DNA from: Candidatus Zixiibacteriota bacterium
GTDB taxonomy: Bacteria; Zixibacteria; MSB-5A5; UBA10806; 4484-95
Direction: 5' to 3'
NCBI GenBank assembly: GCA_029932605.1
Contig: JAOZPT010000001.1
Location: 5,837 to 69,836 of the forward strand
Length of the DNA stretch: 64,000 bases
The notes beneath the pieces are model-generated. The model was not told where the DNA came from. It was given only the letters and a program-made list of their open reading frames with translations, and did not search any database. Positions 57,100 to 64,000 of this stretch are shown here, one piece after another. The position numbers and the translations under genes are program-made. The first letter of the stretch is position 1, and every line of letters starts with the position of its first letter.

Positions 57100-58476
57100 A
57101 TGTTTAAGCTGACCTGCAGTTTTTATTGCCCACCTCGGGCTGAAAAGATAGCAATATACATGCTCAATTTGATTGCTTCAGTAACTGGCATTCGTTTTCG
57201 GCGAGTTAACGGTCAGGCTGATATCGTTTATGGTGGGGTATCTAATAGTAATTCTTTTTATATACCGTATAGGGAAACGGATAAAAGATTCGTCCATGGT
57301 GATATCGACAGCTGGTATCTACACGAGGATGGTGAGCTTAGGATTGCGTTGCCGAAGAGTATTAAAAAGATAAATATCCATAATAATGAAATTGATTTTG
57401 ATATTTTTTCGGTGATGTTCAATTTTTTACAGACAGCACTTTCTGTTCATAACAAACATTTAGAATTTTTTCGGAAGTTCAAAAATGACGACATATTTAT
57501 TCCGCCTGTTTTTGATGATTACATCAGTTATTTTTTGCAGGTTTTAAAATCATGCCAGAAACTTCCCAATGATTTTAAGAGAAAATCACCCTGGCCAGAG
57601 GAGGCCGATTTTGCTCTGGGTATAAGCCATGATATCGATATTTTTAAAAGAAAGATTCCCGGAAGCGTGGCCATGTTGATGAAATCCTTGTTCTCAAATG
57701 AAGTCCCTGGAGGAGTAAGGGGTTCATTGAAAGGCCTTTTTAAATCTGTATCAACAGCTTTGACAGGCGAGACAAATCCCTATAGTGCAATTGAAAAATG
57801 GTTTGATATTGAGAGTGAAAATACATTTTTTATTCATGCCGGGGTTAGGAGGTCGGTTGAGGACCCGACCTATGCTCCTGAGGATATCCGGAGAGTTCTG
57901 GTGGGATTAGGTATGGACGGTATTGAGATCGGGTTACACAACAGCATTGGTTCCTGGACAGATAAAGAAGATTTAAAAGAGCAAAAAGATAGGCTGATGA
58001 ATATTTTCAATACAGAGATAGAGGGGATCCGCCCTCACTATCTTGATTGTCGGTATCCGGATTATTGGAGAAACGCTGAGTCATTTAAGTATTCGTCATC
58101 GGTTGGTTCGGATGCCATTGCTGGTTTTACCTGCGGTATCAATTTTCCATTTTTTGGTTTCGATTTTGATACTGCCAATGTTTTGGATATTCTTGAGATA
58201 CCCATCGGATTGATGGATTGTGCCCTTTTTTCGATATGTGAGAAAACTTCAAAAGAGAAGACCATAGACAAGCTTATAGATATCTGTGTTTCAAACCATG
58301 GGTTGCTGGTTTTAGACTGGCATACAAGGACTGTGTATGAGCCTGATTTTCCCGGCTGGTTTGATACTTATTGTATGATACTTAAAAAAGCTAAATCGGC
58401 AGGTGCGTTTATCGCCCCACTGGGCAAGATAAGCAGCTATTGGAAAAACCATTGCACATCGTTTTTTTTATCTTAA
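57100..58476 (+). CDS. polysaccharide deacetylase (CE4/NodB-homology) with N-terminal extra domain
   Basis: 458 aa. The C-terminal half carries NodB-like motifs: ALGISHDID (Asp pair), GIEIGLHNSIGSW (H-x-x-x-H metal site) and IRPHYL (RxPY). Confidence 0.55.
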   Translation: MFKLTCSFYCPPRAEKIAIYMLNLIASVTGIRFRRVNGQADIVYGGVSNSNSFYIPYRETDKRFVHGDIDSWYLHEDGELRIALPKSIKKINIHNNEIDFDIFSVMFNFLQTALSVHNKHLEFFRKFKNDDIFIPPVFDDYISYFLQVLKSCQKLPNDFKRKSPWPEEADFALGISHDIDIFKRKIPGSVAMLMKSLFSNEVPGGVRGSLKGLFKSVSTALTGETNPYSAIEKWFDIESENTFFIHAGVRRSVEDPTYAPEDIRRVLVGLGMDGIEIGLHNSIGSWTDKEDLKEQKDRLMNIFNTEIEGIRPHYLDCRYPDYWRNAESFKYSSSVGSDAIAGFTCGINFPFFGFDFDTANVLDILEIPIGLMDCALFSICEKTSKEKTIDKLIDICVSNHGLLVLDWHTRTVYEPDFPGWFDTYCMILKKAKSAGAFIAPLGKISSYWKNHCTSFFLS

Positions 58477-59555
58477 ATCCATTTGATTATGATTCGCGGG
58501 CGCAGTTGATTTGCCATGACATACTATCCTCAGGCTGGCGTCTTGATATAATCGCTACAATCGGTGGCAAGATTCCATCGTTTGGGAATGCTGATATCCA
58601 TCGATTGCCCCAGCCGGTCTGGCCGACAAGGAAAAGGCGGTTTATTGAATACAACATTAGGGCGACCTCATTGGCAAAGAGATTAAGAGCTGACATTTAC
58701 CATGCGGTTGACCTTGATACCCTGTGGGCGGCGGTTAATGCGGCAAGGGCTGTGGGGGGAAAAGTGGTTTATGAATCGCGTGAGTTATATACCGAGCTTA
58801 TGTCCTTATCTGGAAGGCCTATCGTTAGAGCGTTCTGGAGCATTCTTGAGAAAAAGTTAATCCGGAAGGTCGATGTTGTGGTGACGGTAAATCAGGCTAT
58901 CGCCGAGGAGATGACGAAACGTTATAGAATAAATCCACCGGAGATTGTAATGAATGTGGCTCGATCAGGGGAATCCATCGAACCAATTGACCTTCGTAAA
59001 GAGTTTAACCTTCAAAGTAAATTCGTATTGATTTTCCAGGGAATTTTACGGCCGGGGCAGGGAATACTCAGAGCTATCGAGTTGATAGTATATCTTCCTG
59101 AGGTTAGCCTTGTGTTTATAGGGGATGGTCCGTTAAGGGATACTATCGAAAAAAGGGCAAATGATCTTGGTATCAGTAACCGTGTGCGGATTGCTGGAAA
59201 GATTGAACCCGGTCGGTTGGCACATTATACCAGTGGTGCCGATGCCGGTTTGATTTTGATAGAACCGGTAGCATTGAACAATCGTCTGGCTCTACCTCAA
59301 AAGCTTTTCCAGTATATCTCTGCTGAAACGCCGCCCATAGTCTCCGACCTTCCCATGTTGCGGCAGATAGTGCAGGAAGATAAATTGGGCTTGGTGTTGA
59401 AAGATGGTTTACCTAAAGAAAGTGCCGAGGCCGTACGTGATTTTTTGAACAACGGGCTTGAAATGGCTATCGGCCAGTGCCGTATAGCAAAAAGGAAGTA
59501 TTGCTGGGAAATCGAGGGCAAGAAGTTTATTAACTTGTACAGGAATCTCGTTTGA
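58440..59555 (+). CDS. family-4 glycosyltransferase (GT4, GT-B fold)
   Basis: 371 aa. C-terminal EPVALNNRLALPQKLFQYISAETPPIVSD matches the GT4 EX7E-type region. TTG start overlaps the previous gene. Confidence 0.7.
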   Translation: MEKPLHIVFFILNPFDYDSRAQLICHDILSSGWRLDIIATIGGKIPSFGNADIHRLPQPVWPTRKRRFIEYNIRATSLAKRLRADIYHAVDLDTLWAAVNAARAVGGKVVYESRELYTELMSLSGRPIVRAFWSILEKKLIRKVDVVVTVNQAIAEEMTKRYRINPPEIVMNVARSGESIEPIDLRKEFNLQSKFVLIFQGILRPGQGILRAIELIVYLPEVSLVFIGDGPLRDTIEKRANDLGISNRVRIAGKIEPGRLAHYTSGADAGLILIEPVALNNRLALPQKLFQYISAETPPIVSDLPMLRQIVQEDKLGLVLKDGLPKESAEAVRDFLNNGLEMAIGQCRIAKRKYCWEIEGKKFINLYRNLV

Positions 59556-60481
59556 TGATTGAAACGAGTATAATAATACCCGTTAGAAACCAGAAAAAGT
59601 CGTTGCTTATGACATTAAAAACTCTTAAGCGGCAGATTAGAAATCTGAAGATTTTCGAGGTCATAATTTGTGATGATGGTTCCACTGATGGTACAGAAGA
59701 GGAGGTAAAAAAGCTTCGTTATCCGATATTTTTAAAATATTTCAGGAATGCCCCACCGCTGGGCAGAGCGGTTAATCGCAATTTGGGATATGAACGTTCA
59801 AGCGGACAAAACCTTATATTTCTCGATGGTGATATGGTGCCGACCGAAGGATATATCGAGGCTATGCTTACAGCCACATCCACTGATATAGTAAAACTTG
59901 GTAATGTTAAACACCCACCTGCAGAACAAACAGGTCGTTTGGAAAAATACCTTTATTCACGAGGCCGTTTTGGCTCTCGATATAAAAACACCCCTCTTCC
60001 AGGAAGGCTATTTACTAGCAATAACTTCTTTATAAGCAAACGAAATTTTACTAGGGTTGGTGGATTTGACCCGAATTTCAAAAGCTGGGGTGGTGAGGAT
60101 ATCGATTTTGGCTTGAGGCTTGAAGATTTAGAAATTCCCATAAGAATCGAGCCGGCAGCTTTAACTTACCATTACCATAAACGCACTGTTGAATCGTTGA
60201 TGAAGGATTTTTACAGTTTTGGAAAAAACTCTTTCGAATACCTGATTAAAAAACATCCCGCCTTTTTAGAACAATTGCCAGCTCATTTCCTTGGATTAAA
60301 AAATGCTCACCTGATATATAAATTAATCTCTAAGCTTACCGTTAACAAAACCGCTCTTGGCATTGTTAGCAAAACCGTATCGTCCTTTGAAAAATTTAAC
60401 TGGCCAGATTTCATATTTGATTATTTATTCTGGGGAAACCTTGTATTGGGTTATAGAAAAAGTGAGAAGTCGATTGGATAA
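59555..60481 (+). CDS. family-2 glycosyltransferase (GT2, GT-A fold)
   Basis: SIIIPVRN ... ICDDGSTDGT ... FLDGDMVP (DxD). The ATG overlaps the GT4 stop (TGATG). Confidence 0.8.
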   Translation: MIETSIIIPVRNQKKSLLMTLKTLKRQIRNLKIFEVIICDDGSTDGTEEEVKKLRYPIFLKYFRNAPPLGRAVNRNLGYERSSGQNLIFLDGDMVPTEGYIEAMLTATSTDIVKLGNVKHPPAEQTGRLEKYLYSRGRFGSRYKNTPLPGRLFTSNNFFISKRNFTRVGGFDPNFKSWGGEDIDFGLRLEDLEIPIRIEPAALTYHYHKRTVESLMKDFYSFGKNSFEYLIKKHPAFLEQLPAHFLGLKNAHLIYKLISKLTVNKTALGIVSKTVSSFEKFNWPDFIFDYLFWGNLVLGYRKSEKSIG

Positions 60482-62009
60482 AAAAGCGATTGTTTTAATC
60501 GTTTTGGTAATGGTAATAGCTGTGGTTTACTGTCTTCTGTTGTTTGGTGGATATTCGGGTACAAGCGATACCTGTGATTACGGAGGGCTGGCATTAAATC
60601 TTATTTCAGGAAAGGGATTTACTGTCAACCATGTTTTACCATTGTCGCTGGTTTTTATTCCCAATGTTCCTCAGCCGAACTGTACCTGGGCACCCGGGTA
60701 TCCAGTTTTTCTGGCAGGGGTGTTTACGGTTTTAGGCGTTTCGGATTATTCAATTTTAGGAGCAAACCTGTTTTTGTTTCTGATGGTGATTATCTCGGGT
60801 TATTTTTTAACTAAAAAATATGTTAATTATGAGGCCGCTCTGATTTTCGTGCTTTTTATGGGTTTGAATCAGTACTCTTATTATACAATCCTTTATGGTT
60901 CGCCTGAGATGCTGGCGGCCGCTTTGTTAACTTTTTCACTTCTTTTGTGGGGTGATAATTACAGACGGGTGATCATAGCGGGTCTTTTTTACGGACTGGC
61001 GGTTCTTACACGTTACCAGATGGTAATTTTGTTGCCGGTATATCTCGTGTTTTTTAAAAAGATAAACAAAAAATACATCGTTTTTATTGCGGTAGTTGTT
61101 ATTGTATGTGCTGGCTGGCTGGTGCGTAATATTGTTCTTTTTGGTGACCCCTTGTTTTGCCTGCAACGTTATGGGGAGTTTACCAAGGGGATGGGTATCG
61201 GGGATGATTTTTACTACACGTATCGTTCACTTGAACCTGCCGGGTTTTTTTATGTGATATCTACATATCCGTTGCTGTTTTTGCGCAAACTGGCGGTTGG
61301 TGTAACGTATTTTTTAAGAACGCTTCCAGAACACCTTAATTCTTTTGGCCTGTTTCTTGTTTTCTGGGCGATAATTTATCGGGAAAAGTTAGCTACTTTG
61401 AATTCTAATAAATCTCGAATGGGAGTTAATCTCTGGCGACCGGCAGTTAGGTTTTTGATTATAGGTGTTGCATTAACTGTTATTATATGCCTGTTCGATG
61501 GCCAGCATCATCGGCACCTTTACATATTCAACCCTCTTATGATTATGATATCATCCGCTGGTTTTAACGATTTCGCTTTGAGAACGGGTATTATGAAAAA
61601 AAGGTTCTACTATCTCGTTTTGCTTTTATTTTTCTTGATACCCTTACAATTTCCCCAGCAGGAGGTTTGGTTGAGAGATCTCAAGGTTAGGATTAAAGCC
61701 GAGATTCCTGTTTATAGAGAGGTGGCTATAAATTTATCCTGCTATGGCCCGGTTGCTTCTGATGCCAGCGATGCCTTGTGGTGGTATAGCGGTCTGAATA
61801 CCGTCTGGATGCCAACTAACTATGAGACGTTTGTGAAAGTCGATTCGCTGATAGACATAAAGGCTGTTTATTTTCAAAAGGACGATTGGCTGAAAAAACT
61901 TGACAAAGAGGAAAGACGAAAGTTTATGATTTCCTTTCCAGAAATAAGGCGTTTCAATGATGGCTCTGTATTATATATCAAGAGCTTGGTTGACGGAAGA
62001 TTAGAGTGA
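60462..62009 (+). CDS. polytopic membrane protein, GT-C-like glycosyltransferase candidate (PMT_2/ArnT-like)
   Basis: About 515 aa with 11 or more TM helices. Size and organisation are like GT39/GT83-type lipid-linked sugar transferases. The start is uncertain: a GTG is possible at 60462, and the ORF track extends to 60357, overlapping the GT2 gene. Confidence 0.4.
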   Translation: MRSRLDKKAIVLIVLVMVIAVVYCLLLFGGYSGTSDTCDYGGLALNLISGKGFTVNHVLPLSLVFIPNVPQPNCTWAPGYPVFLAGVFTVLGVSDYSILGANLFLFLMVIISGYFLTKKYVNYEAALIFVLFMGLNQYSYYTILYGSPEMLAAALLTFSLLLWGDNYRRVIIAGLFYGLAVLTRYQMVILLPVYLVFFKKINKKYIVFIAVVVIVCAGWLVRNIVLFGDPLFCLQRYGEFTKGMGIGDDFYYTYRSLEPAGFFYVISTYPLLFLRKLAVGVTYFLRTLPEHLNSFGLFLVFWAIIYREKLATLNSNKSRMGVNLWRPAVRFLIIGVALTVIICLFDGQHHRHLYIFNPLMIMISSAGFNDFALRTGIMKKRFYYLVLLLFFLIPLQFPQQEVWLRDLKVRIKAEIPVYREVAINLSCYGPVASDASDALWWYSGLNTVWMPTNYETFVKVDSLIDIKAVYFQKDDWLKKLDKEERRKFMISFPEIRRFNDGSVLYIKSLVDGRLE

Positions 62010-62157
62010 GAGCAATTATAGAAGATAAGTTTCGGAAACGGCCGAGAAAAAACCTGAAAGAATTGTTTATATTTAGTTATCTGCTTATAGCTTTTGGAGC
62101 CTATTTCCTTTCGTTGGTACTTTCACGTATAGAAAGGATAAAAGCGTTATTTGGCTT

Positions 62158-64000
62158 ATGAAGTTTATTATTGATTTACTTTTTGGCATTCTATTTAGCA
62201 TGTCGTTAGGGGGGTTAGGGGTTGTTTTCTTCAGGCGGATTTTAAAGACCGAGATCGATTTCTTCAGGGGATTTTTTACTGGATGTGGGATAGCGGTAGT
62301 AGTGTTATTTGTCGGTGGTCTTTTGGGCTTATTCGGCAGGACTTTCTTTTTTATATTTATAATTTTAATTTTTATTTTTGCCATACCGGGGAGGAGAAAG
62401 TTTTTCACTTACAAGTTTATTGTTAACCGGAAATACATTTTGCCTTTGATATTGTTAGCATTGGTTTTGGTTATCACCGGCTTATCATCTCTTTCTCCGC
62501 CTATCAAGAACGATACTTTGTATTACCATCTGGGATTGCCGAAACTATGGTCGATTGATGGTTATTTCAATTTTTACCCGACCATAGTTTTTTCCGCAAC
62601 CGCCTTGAACTCGGAGCTTTTGTTGACACCTATTCTGTCAGTGGTTTCTCCTGAGGCGGCTCAGTTCTTTGTATTTTTAGTTGGTTTGATGGTCATTTTT
62701 CTTCTTGGCGATGGTTTTTCCCGCTTTACCGGTGGTTCCAAGGCGCTGGCTGTTTTATCGCTTTCCGTGGTTCCCCTTTTCATAAGTGGCATGGCAGATG
62801 CTAAAAACGATTATCTTGCCGCTGGTTTTTCCCTTATGTCAGCACTGTTTTATTTTGATTATCTGAAAAGATATAATCCTGGATTTATTTTGTTGGCTGG
62901 CATCTTTGCTGGCCTGGCAGCGGGGACCAAGACCAATGCTTTAATCTTCGTCATGGCTATGTTCATCGTGATTGTCCTTTCACGTCATCGATTAAAGGAT
63001 ATTATTCTTTTTCTGGTTGGAACATTGGTCTTCGGTTTCCCCTGGTATCTCAAAGCATACATCGAAACCGGAAACCCGTTTTTCCCTTTCTATGACAACA
63101 TATTTCATTCTCCATATTGGCGCGAGATTTTCGACGGTTTCAATAGAGTCACATTGCCCGAGGTTGAACATAAAAGCATCTTGAACTTTATAACTTCTCC
63201 GTTCAGGTTGGTTTATTTTCCAGATGTTTTCAGGGGGAGATTGGGGCCCCTGTTATTTATGCTTTTACCTTTATTATTATTTATCAGGAAAATACCGGGA
63301 GTGGTTTTCAAAGCCCTGTTTATTTCAGCTGCATTTTATATCCTGTGGTATCTGGTTTCCGCCAATGCCCGATACATGATGCCTATTGTACCTCTATTAG
63401 CCCTGTTAGCTGCATATGTCATGGACAGGTTTATAAGCATAAGCAGATCGTCTGGCTTAGTTATCATTTGTACTTTAACCCTGTTATTGGCAGTAAACGG
63501 CGTTCAGGTATTCCGTGATGGATTTAGTCGAGCAAAGGCTGCTGTTGGGATTATTGAATACGATGAGTTTTTGCACAAGATAGAAGTGTTAGATCCGAAT
63601 GACGTTTCATCTTCAACAAGATGTCTCGCCATACCTTATTATGATATATGGCAATTTATCAACGTCACCGCTGGGGATGATGCTGTTGTAGGAATATTGT
63701 GCTCAAACTGGAACCGGGCTGATGGTTTTTACCTCGATCGTCACTTTCTTCTTTTAAACCCCACTGAACAGGTTGAGGTTGATTTTTCTGGACGTAGATA
63801 TAACCTAATATCGTCGTTAGTAAAGCATAAAGTGAATTATGTTTTGATAGACAATCTTGTAGTTGAGGAGTTTTCTGCCGGGTCAACTTTTACTGAGGCA
63901 CCGGGCTTTAAAATTTTTAAGCAGGGGGTTACAGATTTCGTTGACATTGTAAAAGAAAACGGTCAATTGGTTTATTTAACTGACCGCTTCGAGTTATACA
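62158..64000 (+). CDS. second polytopic GT-C-like membrane protein; CDS runs off the window end
   Basis: ATG at 62158, open frame to position 64000 (614 or more codons), which is why it is absent from the ORF track. Many TM helices (MKFIIDLLFGILFSMSLGGLGVV ... ) then a large soluble C-terminal region. Confidence 0.4.
   Translation, partial: MKFIIDLLFGILFSMSLGGLGVVFFRRILKTEIDFFRGFFTGCGIAVVVLFVGGLLGLFGRTFFFIFIILIFIFAIPGRRKFFTYKFIVNRKYILPLILLALVLVITGLSSLSPPIKNDTLYYHLGLPKLWSIDGYFNFYPTIVFSATALNSELLLTPILSVVSPEAAQFFVFLVGLMVIFLLGDGFSRFTGGSKALAVLSLSVVPLFISGMADAKNDYLAAGFSLMSALFYFDYLKRYNPGFILLAGIFAGLAAGTKTNALIFVMAMFIVIVLSRHRLKDIILFLVGTLVFGFPWYLKAYIETGNPFFPFYDNIFHSPYWREIFDGFNRVTLPEVEHKSILNFITSPFRLVYFPDVFRGRLGPLLFMLLPLLLFIRKIPGVVFKALFISAAFYILWYLVSANARYMMPIVPLLALLAAYVMDRFISISRSSGLVIICTLTLLLAVNGVQVFRDGFSRAKAAVGIIEYDEFLHKIEVLDPNDVSSSTRCLAIPYYDIWQFINVTAGDDAVVGILCSNWNRADGFYLDRHFLLLNPTEQVEVDFSGRRYNLISSLVKHKVNYVLIDNLVVEEFSAGSTFTEAPGFKIFKQGVTDFVDIVKENGQLVYLTDRFELY

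Noticed and set aside
62085-62408. 107-aa minus-strand ORF and 63665..63886 minus-strand ORF
   Set aside because: Both are antisense to a long uninterrupted plus-strand frame (62158 to window end) encoding a polytopic membrane protein.

Overview
The window is a 64-kb chromosomal segment from what looks like an uncultivated Gram-negative bacterium of the FCB/Bacteroidota-like kind; GC looks roughly 40% by eye. Two proteins end in T9SS C-terminal sorting domains and one resembles a PorV/PorQ-type outer-membrane beta-barrel. Recognisable housekeeping genes are tsaD, valS, priA, purM, gpmI, lnt, hutU, a gluconeogenic/glycolytic block (glgP-like, pgi, fba, pckA), and a tRNA-Glu(CUC) on the minus strand. 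These are interleaved with envelope and accessory content. A TPP riboswitch with a terminator expression platform precedes a TonB-dependent receptor and a sodium:solute symporter. A Wzx-like flippase, LicC-like cytidylyltransferase and TagF-like CDP-alcohol phosphotransferase form a teichoic-acid-like operon. A UbiA-family polyprenyl-phosphate phosphoribosyltransferase sits with a DUF362 protein and a small EamA/ArnE-like 4-TM protein. At the 3' end is a polysaccharide locus: FemAB-like protein, CE4 deacetylase, GT4, GT2 and two GT-C-like polytopic proteins. Other notable items are a SWIB/MDM2 domain protein with a histone-H1-like lysine-rich repeat tail, a bacterial deoxyhypusine-synthase-family protein, an aconitase-family (LeuC-like) protein with an unusual N-terminal extension, a degraded IS5-like transposase fragment near the tRNA, a stop-interrupted hypothetical gene, small ORFs with strong RBS and terminator, and a highly structured 317-bp tandem repeat (about 2.1 copies) in a convergent intergenic region after an ORF6N gene. 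Two CDSs run off the window edges: a TrkH-family K+ transporter at the 5' end and a GT-C-like membrane protein at the 3' end. All calls rest on reading the six-frame ORF track and the raw sequence by eye; no database search was run.
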